From: Candidatus Marinacidobacterales bacterium
GTDB taxonomy: Bacteria > Acidobacteriota > Vicinamibacteria > Marinacidobacterales > DATDRI01
DNA: 64,000 bases
NCBI GenBank assembly: GCA_965226495.1
Contig: OZ245365.1
Location: 3,424,001-3,488,000, forward strand
Reading direction: 5' to 3'
Of this stretch, positions 10,222-19,450 are shown piece by piece (within the stretch, counting starts at the first letter, position 1; every line of letters starts with the position of its first letter). Below the pieces are notes generated by a model, which had not been told where the DNA came from, ran no database searches, and saw only the letters and a list, made by a program, of their open reading frames with translations. Made by a program: the position numbers and the translations under genes.

Positions 10222-12340
10222 GTACACATGGCCAGAAGCCAAAGATCGATCTCTCATCGGAAAGAGAATCACCAGGCTGGACGGGCCGCTCAAGTCGACC
10301 GGAACGGCCAAGTACTCCTTCGACGTGAATCGGCCCGGGATGCTCTTCGCCAAAGTCCTCCGCTCCCCACACGCCCACGCACGCATCACGAGCATCGATG
10401 TCTCGGCTGCGAAGGCGATGCCGGGCGTCAAGGCAGTAAGAGTGATTCAAGATGCCGGCGCAGAGATCCAATGGTCTCTCGATGAAGTTGCGGTCGTGGC
10501 CGCCACCACCGAAGACATCGCCCAGGATGCCGTCGCGGCCATCCAAGTCGAATATGAAGTGCTGCCACACTTCGTAAACGAAGAGGCCCTCACCGCGGCG
10601 CCGGAGACGAAACCGGCCCAGGAAGAGACGACAGGAGATCCAGCCACGGCGATGGCCGCCGCGGAAGTCAAGACCAAGGGTGAGTACGGGACCGCGATGA
10701 TCGCTCACTGCTGCCTCGAATCGCACGGGCAAGTGGCCGAGTGGACCGATGCGGAGCACGTGACGGTCTGGGCCTCGACTCAAAACGTCTCTGGGATACC
10801 AGGGCAGATTGCCGAGAAGGTCGGCATTCCCGCCGCGAACGTACGCTGCATCACCCCGTTCATGGGTGGCGGGTTCGGCAGCAAGTTCAGCGCCGATCGC
10901 TGGGGCATCGAAGGCGTCGAGCTGGCGAGAGAGGCCGGCGCCCCGGTGAAACTGATGCTGGAGCGGGACGCCGAGATCGCGGTGGCAGGAGGCCGACCGT
11001 CGGCGTTTGCAGAAGTCGAAGTCGGAGCCTCCCGAGATGGGACGGTCACCGCATGGTCGTCCAAGTCTTGGGGTACCGGCGGCGTGGGAGGCTCGGGAAC
11101 TCCCCCCATTCCCTACGTCTTCAAGTTCGAGAACCAGACCCACCAGCACACCTCGGTGCCGACCAACGTCGGCGCATCTCGTGCGTGGCGGGCACCCAAC
11201 CACCCGCAGGGCTGTCTCATCACGATGTCGGCCCTCGAAGACATGGCCGCCAAGCTGAACATGGATCCGCTCGACCTCTTCAGGAAAAACATCTCCACCG
11301 CCGGCGAGAGGGCCTCGGTATACGAAGAGGAGCTAGGGAAAGCGGCCGAGCTGATCGACTGGAAACGCAACTGGCACCCCCGTGGGGCTGGAAGCGGTCA
11401 GGTGAGAAGAGGCCTGGGACTTGCACTGCACACCTGGGGCGGACGAGCGCACCGCAGCAACTGCGAAGTCATCGTCTACCCGGATGGTCTGGTCGAAGCG
11501 AAGCTCGGGAGCCAGGACTTGGGTACGGGGACGATCACGGTGATCGCGATCGTCCTAGCCGAGACGTTCGGCATTCCGCTCCAGTGGACGAAGGTCGCTC
11601 TCGGCGATAGCCACTATCCGGCCTCGGGTCCCTCCGGAGGAAGCACGACTGTGGGCGGCGTGAGCTCGTCGACGCGTCGGGGAGCCATGGACGCACGACA
11701 ACAGCTCTTCGAGCGCGTCGCTCCGTACCTCGAGGCAACCGCCGATGAGCTGGAAGCCAAGGACGGATCGGTCCGGGTCAAGGGCGCTCCTAACCGGAGC
11801 ATGACCTGGAAGGAAGCCGCGGCCAAGCTCGGCGTCAACCCCATCACCGCATCCGGCAGCAACCCCGGTCCGGGGAAACTCAACGACAGCGGTGTGGGCG
11901 GCGTCCAAATGGCGGATGTTTCGGTCGACATGGAAACCGGCGTGGTCAAGATCAATAAGATGGTGGCGGTTCAAGACTGTGGCCTCATCATCAATATAAA
12001 GACCGCCGAGAGCCAGGTCTACGGCGCGCTTATCATGGGAGTCACCTATGCGCTCACCGAGGAGAAGATCTTCGACCCCGTGACCGGCCAGCTGCTGAAC
12101 GGCGACATGGAGTTCTACAAGCTGGCGGGAATCGGCGACGTCGGTGAGCTCGTCGTTCACATGATGACGGGCCCGGGCTACGACGAGCGAGGCGTCATCG
12201 GGCTCGGTGAGCCTCCGGTCATTTCTCCGGGAGCGGCCATCTCGAATGCGGTAGCCAACGCCATCGGCGTCCGCGTACCGAACTTGCCTTTGACGGCCAA
12301 TCGGGTCATTGCGGCTTTGGAAAAAGGAGGGGTGAGCTGA
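10214..12340 (+). CDS. Xanthine-dehydrogenase-family molybdopterin-binding subunit
   Basis: Start MAEYTW at 10214; RSPHAHARI, MGGGFGSK, AWRAPNHPQ and GLGEPP (catalytic Glu position). Confidence 0.93.
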   Translation: MAEYTWPEAKDRSLIGKRITRLDGPLKSTGTAKYSFDVNRPGMLFAKVLRSPHAHARITSIDVSAAKAMPGVKAVRVIQDAGAEIQWSLDEVAVVAATTEDIAQDAVAAIQVEYEVLPHFVNEEALTAAPETKPAQEETTGDPATAMAAAEVKTKGEYGTAMIAHCCLESHGQVAEWTDAEHVTVWASTQNVSGIPGQIAEKVGIPAANVRCITPFMGGGFGSKFSADRWGIEGVELAREAGAPVKLMLERDAEIAVAGGRPSAFAEVEVGASRDGTVTAWSSKSWGTGGVGGSGTPPIPYVFKFENQTHQHTSVPTNVGASRAWRAPNHPQGCLITMSALEDMAAKLNMDPLDLFRKNISTAGERASVYEEELGKAAELIDWKRNWHPRGAGSGQVRRGLGLALHTWGGRAHRSNCEVIVYPDGLVEAKLGSQDLGTGTITVIAIVLAETFGIPLQWTKVALGDSHYPASGPSGGSTTVGGVSSSTRRGAMDARQQLFERVAPYLEATADELEAKDGSVRVKGAPNRSMTWKEAAAKLGVNPITASGSNPGPGKLNDSGVGGVQMADVSVDMETGVVKINKMVAVQDCGLIINIKTAESQVYGALIMGVTYALTEEKIFDPVTGQLLNGDMEFYKLAGIGDVGELVVHMMTGPGYDERGVIGLGEPPVISPGAAISNAVANAIGVRVPNLPLTANRVIAALEKGGVS

Positions 12341-13326
12341 TGAACGCCTTTGAGTATGCAAGTCCCTCGACCAAAAAGGACGCGGTAGAGCTCCTTTCCG
12401 AAAAACCCGACAAGACAGTCGTGCTGGCCGGCGGCACGGATCTGCTGAGCCTGATGAAGGACAACGTGGCGGCGCCGGAGCGCGTGGTCAACATCAAGTC
12501 GATCGACGAGCTCGGCGGAATCAGCTACGACACCAATCACGGGCTGCGCATCGGAGCGCTGGTCACGTTGGACGAGCTCGTTGGGGACGCGCAGGTGCAA
12601 GAAGACTACCCGTCACTCGTGCAGGCGATCGACGGAATCCGAAGCCCGCAACTCCAAAGCACGGGCACGGTGACCGGTGAGCTCTGTCAACGTCCCCGCT
12701 GCTGGTATTACCGGAGCGGCTTTGGACTGCTCGCCATGCAAAACGGCAAGTCCATGGTGCTGGAGGGAGACAACCGCTACCACGCCATCCTCGGTAACGC
12801 GGGCCCGGCTTACTTCGTCAACCCCTCGAGCATGGCGCCGGCACTCATTGCTCTCGGGGCCTACCTCAAGATCTATGGGCCCAACGGCGAGCGAGACGCT
12901 CCGCTCGAAAAGTTCTATCGCGTCCCGAAAACGGATGGAGAAAAGGAATACAACTTGGCGTCGAACGAAATCGTGACCGACATCCTGCTCCCACCCGTCG
13001 AGGGCCACGCCAATGCGACGTATGAGGTTCGCCAGAAGGAAGCGTTGGATTGGCCGCTCGCCGCGGCGGCGGTGTCGCTCGAGATACGAGGGGGCAAAGT
13101 GCGAGCGGCACGGGTGGTTCTCGGGCATGTCGCGCCCACGCCATGGGCTTCCTCCGCAGCCGAGAAAGCTATCACGGGGAAGACGCCCGACGAGGCCAAT
13201 GCCGAGAAGGCCGGCCAAGCGGCGGTCCAGGGGGCGAAGCCGCTCAGCATGAACGGCTACAAGGTTCGACTGGCCCGGGTGGCGGTGAAGCGAGCCATCC
13301 TACGGGCAGGCGGGAAGGAGGTTTAA
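12340..13326 (+). CDS. Xanthine-dehydrogenase-family FAD-binding subunit
   Basis: LAGGTDLL, GLRIGALVTL, SPQL...GT.TGELCQRPRCWYYR; TGATG coupling with the Mo subunit. Confidence 0.92.
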   Translation: MNAFEYASPSTKKDAVELLSEKPDKTVVLAGGTDLLSLMKDNVAAPERVVNIKSIDELGGISYDTNHGLRIGALVTLDELVGDAQVQEDYPSLVQAIDGIRSPQLQSTGTVTGELCQRPRCWYYRSGFGLLAMQNGKSMVLEGDNRYHAILGNAGPAYFVNPSSMAPALIALGAYLKIYGPNGERDAPLEKFYRVPKTDGEKEYNLASNEIVTDILLPPVEGHANATYEVRQKEALDWPLAAAAVSLEIRGGKVRAARVVLGHVAPTPWASSAAEKAITGKTPDEANAEKAGQAAVQGAKPLSMNGYKVRLARVAVKRAILRAGGKEV

Positions 13327-13327
13327 G

Positions 13328-13564
13328 ATGGCCATGGACTTCGTGTCGACCGCTCGACAATCTCAGCTGGCTCAGCAGGCTCAGCAGTGCCAGCGTCTTC
13401 GCTCGAAGGGCATGTTCATCGAAGTGGAGCCCGATCCGACGGTGACCCACACCAGCGACGGGTTCTTCTGGTGTACCCACACCATGAACTGCCTCGGCCC
13501 GGACGGCCAAGTGGCGGATCGTGACTCCTGCCAAGCCGGCCGGAGGTGCTTCGAAGCGCGCTAG
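13328..13564 (+). CDS. Small Cys-rich hypothetical protein (78 aa)
   Basis: Starts 1 nt after the FAD subunit stop with a GGAGG RBS; five Cys (CQRLRSK, WCTHTMNCLGPDG, CQAGRRC). Confidence 0.75.
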   Translation: MAMDFVSTARQSQLAQQAQQCQRLRSKGMFIEVEPDPTVTHTSDGFFWCTHTMNCLGPDGQVADRDSCQAGRRCFEAR

Positions 13565-13614
13565 TTATTTTGCTAATATAGGTCTAAGCAATTCTGGCTG
13601 AAAGGAGTGTCTCA

Positions 13615-14277
13615 ATGAAGAGGATGTTCTTGGCTTTCGCACTTGCCGTGCTATTGGTGCCGGTGGCGGTCAGCGCAAACGGCGGTATTCGCGGTGACTA
13701 TCTCGAGATCCGAACCTCGGATGTCTACACCGGACCCTGCTTCGCCAACGCCGAGGTGAACTTGACCGGCCGCGAGGCCGTCATCGCTTGGAAGGTACGC
13801 GAGGGTAGCTGGCAGGGCGTGAACCTCGCGGGGCTGACCGTTGTCGCGGTCGTGAAGGCCAAGTCGACTCTGGGCGATCCGTACGAGAATCCCTACCCGG
13901 CGCGCTCCGTCATCATCGTCGACGAGAATGCAGACTCGCAGCAAGAGAGGGCGCTCGTGGACTTCGCTCGTTCCGCAGGTGGCGAGCTCCTGGCAAACGT
14001 CGTGAAAATCAACAAGACGACGATCGAAACGGACTTCGGCGGCGAACAAGGGCACGCAAGTGTCAAAGCCGGCGAGCTCGTCGATCTGAAGACTCGCGCC
14101 TTGAACGACAAGGATCACATGTGTGGGAACGAGATCGTTTATTATCCGCCGCTGACCGAAGTTTCGAACGCGATCCCGGCGTACACGCTCGCTCATGCCT
14201 TTCGGGGCGACGAGCTGAACTCAACCTGGAGCTGCCCCCTCAAAAGGAGCGCTTTCGTGGCCGAGTTCTCGCGGTAG
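13615..14277 (+). CDS. DUF1326-like exported protein
   Basis: Signal peptide; GDYLEIRTSDVYTGPCFANAE and HMCGNE..YYPPL; AAGGAG RBS. Confidence 0.75.
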   Translation: MKRMFLAFALAVLLVPVAVSANGGIRGDYLEIRTSDVYTGPCFANAEVNLTGREAVIAWKVREGSWQGVNLAGLTVVAVVKAKSTLGDPYENPYPARSVIIVDENADSQQERALVDFARSAGGELLANVVKINKTTIETDFGGEQGHASVKAGELVDLKTRALNDKDHMCGNEIVYYPPLTEVSNAIPAYTLAHAFRGDELNSTWSCPLKRSAFVAEFSR

Positions 14278-14300
14278 GTAGGACGTCTTTAGAAACACCT

Positions 14301-14330
14301 GGGCTCACCCTTTGGGTGAGCCCTTTTTTT
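14301..14330 (+). terminator. Rho-independent terminator
   Basis: GGGCTCACCC-TTT-GGGTGAGCCC followed by T7. Confidence 0.85.
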
Positions 14331-14345
14331 GAGAAGAGGACTCAC

Positions 14346-14999
14346 ATGCGCTTAAGTACTCTCATGGGTATCATCCTGGTCGCGTGCGTCACCACCGCGT
14401 TCGCAGCCGAGCCAAGCCTGACATCCATCGAAGAAGCTCCCCCCGACGAGGCCTCTGCCGCGGTTCGCGAATCCCTCGGAAGCCAAGCGTTCCGCATCCT
14501 TTCGGGTGAGAAGGTTCTCATGGAGCTCTGGTTGCGAAGCGAGATCCCGGTGAAGGAGCAGAGCGGCAGCGGTGATCTCGGTGTAAGCTTCGGGGATCTC
14601 AAGCCAGGGACGCTGATCGGGGTGGTTCACTTCCCGGAAGAGTGGGCGGACTACAAGAACAATCCGATCAGCGCGGGCGTTTATACGCTGAGATACGGAA
14701 TCCAACCCGCGGATGGCAACCACATGGGGGTCTCGCAGTACCGCGATTTTGTGTTGTTGCTGCCAGTGGCCTCGGACGCGGAGGTCGAAACATCTCTTGG
14801 GCAAGCTGAGCTGGTGGTGCAGAGCTACGCCTCCACCGGAAAACCGCACCCGGGAGTTATGGGACTCTTTCCACTCTATGAAGACGCCCCGGAGCCTAAG
14901 CTGATACGGAACGAAATGGATCAGTGGACGCTCGCCGTCGACCGCGGCGCCCTGAAGATGGGCCTCGTCGTCGAGGGCCACGGCGAGCTGGAGGGCTAA
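14346..14999 (+). CDS. Exported hypothetical protein
   Basis: GAGGA RBS, start MRLST, signal peptide; GVYTLRYG.QP.DGNH.GVS..RDF block. Confidence 0.75.
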   Translation: MRLSTLMGIILVACVTTAFAAEPSLTSIEEAPPDEASAAVRESLGSQAFRILSGEKVLMELWLRSEIPVKEQSGSGDLGVSFGDLKPGTLIGVVHFPEEWADYKNNPISAGVYTLRYGIQPADGNHMGVSQYRDFVLLLPVASDAEVETSLGQAELVVQSYASTGKPHPGVMGLFPLYEDAPEPKLIRNEMDQWTLAVDRGALKMGLVVEGHGELEG

Positions 15000-15004
15000 C
15001 GAAA

Positions 15005-15589
15005 CTGATTGGAGCCCTCATCCTCGCGGCCGGTGAGTCCCGCCGCATGGGCTCACCGAAACCTCTACTGCCTTTCGGTGAGACGACCTTTCTCGGTCAT
15101 CTGCTCGAACAATTCCTCACCTCCCGAGCCAGCCCTGTGGTGGTCGTTCTCGGCCACGAAGCCGATGCGGTTCTCGCCCAAGTGCCGCTCGGCGAGGCCG
15201 GTGCGGTGGTGAACCCGGATTACCGCCAAGGCATGCTATCCACGATCCGTGCGGGGTTGCGGGCGCTTCAGCACGAGTCGGTTGCGGGCGCGCTCATATG
15301 CCCGGTTGACCATCCTCAAGTCAGCGCCGCTTTGGTCGATCTTCTCATTGGCCGATTCGAAGAAACCAAGGCGCCCATCGTGATTCCCGTACATCACGGA
15401 CGCCGCGGCCACCCCGTGCTTTTTTCTCAGACGCTTTTCGAAGAAATCCAGGACGCGCCGGACAAGGTAGGTGCCCGACAGGTGGTCTGGGACCACGCAA
15501 ACGAACTACTAGAGGTCTCGACCGAAGATCGGGGTATCATCGCGGATATCGATACCCCCGAGCAGTACAAGGATCTTATGGGCTCGTGA
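15005..15589 (+). CDS. mocA: MocA-like molybdenum cofactor cytidylyltransferase (NTP_transf_3)
   Basis: ILAAGESRRMGSPK.LL, PVDHP, GRRGHPVLF and DIDTPE. Start appears to be CTG at 15005. Confidence 0.8.
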   Translation: MIGALILAAGESRRMGSPKPLLPFGETTFLGHLLEQFLTSRASPVVVVLGHEADAVLAQVPLGEAGAVVNPDYRQGMLSTIRAGLRALQHESVAGALICPVDHPQVSAALVDLLIGRFEETKAPIVIPVHHGRRGHPVLFSQTLFEEIQDAPDKVGARQVVWDHANELLEVSTEDRGIIADIDTPEQYKDLMGS

Positions 15590-15611
15590 TGACAGCCCCC
15601 TAGGAGGACAT

Positions 15612-16385
15612 GTGGCACGTACTCTCGCCGACTTAACCCTCAGACTGACGCGGGAGCTCTCGATGCTCCAAGCTCGTTGCGCCAAGGAGGTCGATCAGGT
15701 GGAGCGATCGCGCGACCGAGCGCTGGCGAAGATCGGCTCCCTCGAGGGCGCCCTCAAACGCTATGACGCGGGGCTAGCCAAAGCGAAAGAGACGCAATGG
15801 AAGGCCGCGCAGAAGGCCAATGACATCCGCGACAAGGAGACCTCCGCCTCCGAAGAGGCCCGCGGTCCGGCCATGACGAGGGCGGAACGGAAATACCGTC
15901 AGGCGAATGTTCAGGCTTTCAGAGGCAGGGATAGAACCCTCCGCAAAGCGAAAGCGGCTCGCCAGACCGATCGCCGGAAAACACGGGGGCGTCCACTGTC
16001 GCAGCATCGTGCCATTCGAAAGGCGGCCGACCGGGCTTTCGAGGAGGCGGTCGAAGAAGCGCGAGAGTCCTATCAGACCTCCATAGAGAAGACACGCCTC
16101 GCGTATCAGTCGGCGCTCCAGAAGATTCTGGAGGACGAAAGGCTCGCCGTCGAGAAGGCGACTCGCAAGGCAGATCGTGTGGTCTCGAACGCGGCGGTGG
16201 CCTACGAGCGGGCCATGGCCTTCGAAGAGGCCAGGATGAGGAGACAAACCAGCAAAGATGAGAAAGCGCGCGGTGTTCAGGAACAATTCGATCGTCGACT
16301 CTCGCAAATCTTGAGGAGCTGCGACCGAAAAAAAGAAGTGCTCTTCAGAAAATTCTCCCAGGACCGCAAGAAGCTCAAGGCCTGA
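15612..16385 (+). CDS. Basic coiled-coil hypothetical protein
   Basis: AGGAGG RBS and GTG start; Ala/Arg/Lys/Glu-rich helical composition. Confidence 0.65.
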   Translation: MARTLADLTLRLTRELSMLQARCAKEVDQVERSRDRALAKIGSLEGALKRYDAGLAKAKETQWKAAQKANDIRDKETSASEEARGPAMTRAERKYRQANVQAFRGRDRTLRKAKAARQTDRRKTRGRPLSQHRAIRKAADRAFEEAVEEARESYQTSIEKTRLAYQSALQKILEDERLAVEKATRKADRVVSNAAVAYERAMAFEEARMRRQTSKDEKARGVQEQFDRRLSQILRSCDRKKEVLFRKFSQDRKKLKA

Positions 16386-16430
16386 CAACTTGACAACCTG
16401 ACGACTCGACGACTCGACGACTCGACGACG
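16383..16430. repeat. Degenerate 8-bp tandem repeat (6 units)
   Basis: TGACAACT TGACAACC TGACGACT CGACGACT CGACGACT CGACGACG. Confidence 0.8.
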
Positions 16431-16438
16431 ACCAGGGC

Positions 16439-17020
16439 GTGAAAAACTCCTCCTTGATCCTGGCCTCGACCTCTCCCCGCCGGAGCTTTTACCTCAAGCA
16501 ACTCGGCGTCTCCTTCCGGAAAGCCGTTCCGAACGTGGAGGAGCGCCCCTTCCGCGGTGAAGCGCCGCGCGCCTTCGTCCGGCGTATGGCTCTAGAGAAA
16601 GCCCGCGACGTCGCCAAGCGCCGGCCGCGCGACTGGGTGTTGGCTGCGGACACCGTTGTGATCTTGGACGGACACATTTTTGGAAAACCGAAAGACGAAC
16701 GTCACGCCCGGCGAATGCTGCGAAGACTCTCTGGTCGCGCCCATCAAGTCATGAGCGGGATGGCGTTGGTGTCACAATCCGCGGGTCGCGCGCTTTCGAG
16801 AGTTTCGCTCACGCAAGTCCGATTACGAGAGATCGGACCGGACGAGATCCGGTGGTATGTACAAACCGGCGAGCCTGCCGACAAGGCGGGGGCCTATGCG
16901 ATTCAAGGCAAGGGTGGGATCTTCATCAAGGGCATCACCGGCTCGCCGTCGAACGTCGCCGGTTTTCCGGTCGAAGTGTTCTACGAGCTGATGCAAAAGG
17001 CGGGCCTTAGACTATCCTAA
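16439..17020 (+). CDS. maf: Maf-family nucleoside triphosphate pyrophosphatase
   Basis: LILASTSPRR, AADTVV, GKP, DKAGAYAIQG and NVAGFP. Confidence 0.93.
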   Translation: MKNSSLILASTSPRRSFYLKQLGVSFRKAVPNVEERPFRGEAPRAFVRRMALEKARDVAKRRPRDWVLAADTVVILDGHIFGKPKDERHARRMLRRLSGRAHQVMSGMALVSQSAGRALSRVSLTQVRLREIGPDEIRWYVQTGEPADKAGAYAIQGKGGIFIKGITGSPSNVAGFPVEVFYELMQKAGLRLS

Positions 17021-17785
17021 GTGTCCCGTCTCTCCTTCGATTCCCGCGAGCCAGGGAGATATCTCCTCCAGCAGATTGAAGTCGTGGTTGATGAGACAAA
17101 CATGCCCATAACCGCGAAGCACCTTGACGGTCGCCCTCGGCATGCGGGCCGCCATGAAGTGGGCCTCTTCGACCGACGGGACGAGATGATCTTGATCGCC
17201 GGCGAGAAAAAGAGTGGGCACCCCGATCTCCCTCAGCCGCTCTCGAAGATCGTAGGTCTGAAGGATCTCCAGACGGCGGATGTAACCTCTCCGACCGACG
17301 GCGCGGGTGCGCTCAGAAAACTCCGACAAATCCGCGGGCAAGGTGTGAGCCGAGTGGAGCCGTGAGCGAGTGAGCCGTCGGACTAGGTTCATCGTTCCCC
17401 AAGGTACGACTCGCAAGAGAGGTGGGGCCAAGCGCATCCGCCACCGCTTCCGAATGGCTGGAAACGAGTTCAAGATGACGAGCCCGCGCAGCTTCTCCGG
17501 ATGAGCGAGCCCGAAGCTCAGACTGAGGGCTCCCCCGAAAGACTCCCCGAAAAGCAAGACCTTCTCGTTACCGCCTACTCTCCCTACGAGCTCGTACAAG
17601 CGTTGGACTAAGGAATCCATGGTGCGCTTGGAGTCGTCCGGCAAAGGAAATGTGACGACTCGGAACTGCTTCGCCAACAGCGGGATTTGCCGATAAAACA
17701 GGAGCGCCGTGCCATCGAGCCCCGGGACCAAGATTAGAGGCGGCCCCTCGCCCTCCTCGCGATAACCTCCTAGATTCGCTGGCAC
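17012..17785 (-). CDS. Alpha/beta fold hydrolase
   Basis: GESFGG nucleophile elbow; PTLFLAGDQD; GH catalytic His. Confidence 0.85.
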   Translation of the reverse strand: MPANLGGYREEGEGPPLILVPGLDGTALLFYRQIPLLAKQFRVVTFPLPDDSKRTMDSLVQRLYELVGRVGGNEKVLLFGESFGGALSLSFGLAHPEKLRGLVILNSFPAIRKRWRMRLAPPLLRVVPWGTMNLVRRLTRSRLHSAHTLPADLSEFSERTRAVGRRGYIRRLEILQTYDLRERLREIGVPTLFLAGDQDHLVPSVEEAHFMAARMPRATVKVLRGYGHVCLINHDFNLLEEISPWLAGIEGETGHLG

Positions 17786-17887
17786 GTTCCCATCTTCAAC
17801 AATTCGTCCACGGTATTGTCACAAGTTACCGACATGTAGTCCATAGTGTGACCCACAGGTCTTGAACAGGGTTTTCCACAGCGCCAT

Positions 17888-18529
17888 TCACCCTCTCCCA
17901 GAGGGAGAGGGAGTAACGGATGGAAGCCAGCGTCTAATATCGTCACCCGGAAGCCAGTTGTGTTCGACCAGCCGGGGCCCCTTTTCCGTGAAACGAAGGG
18001 CGCTCACCGACGCGTTTTCGGCCGAAAGCCTCCGGTAGTCGGCGATGGGCATCGAAAGATAGTGGGCCAAGATGACCCGGAGCGGGTCGCCGTGGGATAC
18101 GAGAACGACGTTCTGGCCTTCGTTTTCCACGCGAAGACGCTCGGTCACTGCCACCATGCGTTCTTGCACGTCCACAATCGACTCGATCGCGTCGCACTCA
18201 TAGGTGGGGTCTTCGAGGACTCTTTCGAGGTCGGGGTCACCGCGCACCTCACCTAAAAGTTTGCCTTGCCACCTGCCGAGCCACACCTCGTCGATACCCG
18301 GCTCGGTCTCGACGGCTAGGCCGAGCCCATCGGCAATGGGCGCCGCCGTCTCGAGCGCACGCTGCTGGGGGCTCGAGACCACCCTTGCGATGGGAAGCAC
18401 GGCGAGGATCTCGGCAAGGGTGGCAACCTGCTTGCGACCGCGGGCGTTCAGTCCTATATCGATACGGCCAAGCAGCCTCCCCTCCTCGTTCCAATCGGTG
18501 AGACCGTGTCGCACCAACAGAAGATTCAA
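17888..18529 (-). CDS. Histidine phosphatase family protein (PhoE/GpmB-like)
   Basis: LVRHG.T.WN, SSPQQRA.ET and VSHG. Confidence 0.9.
   Translation of the reverse strand: MNLLLVRHGLTDWNEEGRLLGRIDIGLNARGRKQVATLAEILAVLPIARVVSSPQQRALETAAPIADGLGLAVETEPGIDEVWLGRWQGKLLGEVRGDPDLERVLEDPTYECDAIESIVDVQERMVAVTERLRVENEGQNVVLVSHGDPLRVILAHYLSMPIADYRRLSAENASVSALRFTEKGPRLVEHNWLPGDDIRRWLPSVTPSPSGRG
17891..17911. repeat. REP-like palindrome
   Basis: CCCTCTCCC-AGA-GGGAGAGGG, same family as 7656-7678; lies over the 3' end of the phosphatase gene. Confidence 0.7.
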
Positions 18530-19419
18530 CGGCGAGGGTCCTGCTGTGAGGCGGGCTCGTAGTGAATGGTGATTTCGGCGTGACCGTAGCGTTCCATGAT
18601 CATTTCCTCGAGCCGCTCAGTGAGGTCATGCGCTTCGCGGAGATCGTTCTCGGTGACGAAGAGCGTCAGTTCCACGAACTTCCGACCTCCGTGTAAACGG
18701 CTTCGGATATCCTCCACACCGACGACGCGCGGCAGTCCGATGGCCATCTTGCGAATCGCCTCCGCGTCCACGGCGGCGGCATCGAGCAGGGTGGGAACCG
18801 TTTTCTGCAGTATCTGGAAACCACTCCAAGCGATAAACGCGGAGATGAACAGGGCCAAGATCGCGTCCCAAGACAGATAGCCCTTCATCACAAGAGGAAG
18901 CCCCGCTAGCACCGCTATCGTCACCAGGACATCGCTTTGCGTATGGACCGCATCGGCGTACAAGAATTCGCTCGAATAACGACGCGCCGCCCGTTTCTCA
19001 TAGATCACGACGAACACGTTGACGATCAGCGACCCGACCATGACCGCGAAGGTCGCGCCGGTGATCTCGAACGTGGGAGGCGTGTCCACGAACAAGCGAC
19101 CGATTGCTTGTTTTCCGACCTCATAGCATGTAATAAACATGAACCCGGCGATGCAGAACGCACCGAGTGTCTCGATCTTCCCGTGGCCGTAGGGGTGGCC
19201 GGCATCAGGTTCTTTGGCGGCTAGACGCAGCAAGACGAGCCCGACGACATTGTTGATAGCATCGACGGACGAGTGCAGGCCGTCGGAGATGACCGCCAAG
19301 GAATGAGACATGATCCCGGCAGTGAGCTTGGCGAGGCTCACCGCGAGGTTCAGGAAGAGGATGCGATAGAGGACACGTCGAGTGCCGGCTCGCCGAGGGC
19401 CATCTTCGATAGGGGACAT
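18526..19419 (-). CDS. Cation diffusion facilitator family transporter (FieF-like)
   Basis: SDGLHSSVD, HPYGHGKIE, ADAVHTQSD; C-terminal dimerisation domain. Confidence 0.92.
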   Translation of the reverse strand: MSPIEDGPRRAGTRRVLYRILFLNLAVSLAKLTAGIMSHSLAVISDGLHSSVDAINNVVGLVLLRLAAKEPDAGHPYGHGKIETLGAFCIAGFMFITCYEVGKQAIGRLFVDTPPTFEITGATFAVMVGSLIVNVFVVIYEKRAARRYSSEFLYADAVHTQSDVLVTIAVLAGLPLVMKGYLSWDAILALFISAFIAWSGFQILQKTVPTLLDAAAVDAEAIRKMAIGLPRVVGVEDIRSRLHGGRKFVELTLFVTENDLREAHDLTERLEEMIMERYGHAEITIHYEPASQQDPRR

Positions 19420-19450
19420 TTGGAGGAAGGTGGGACTCCGACCCGATCAA

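Noticed and set aside
9809-11203. 464-aa antisense ORF and similar long shadow ORFs elsewhere
   Set aside because: They lie opposite well-supported genes and are expected in GC-rich DNA; no motifs.
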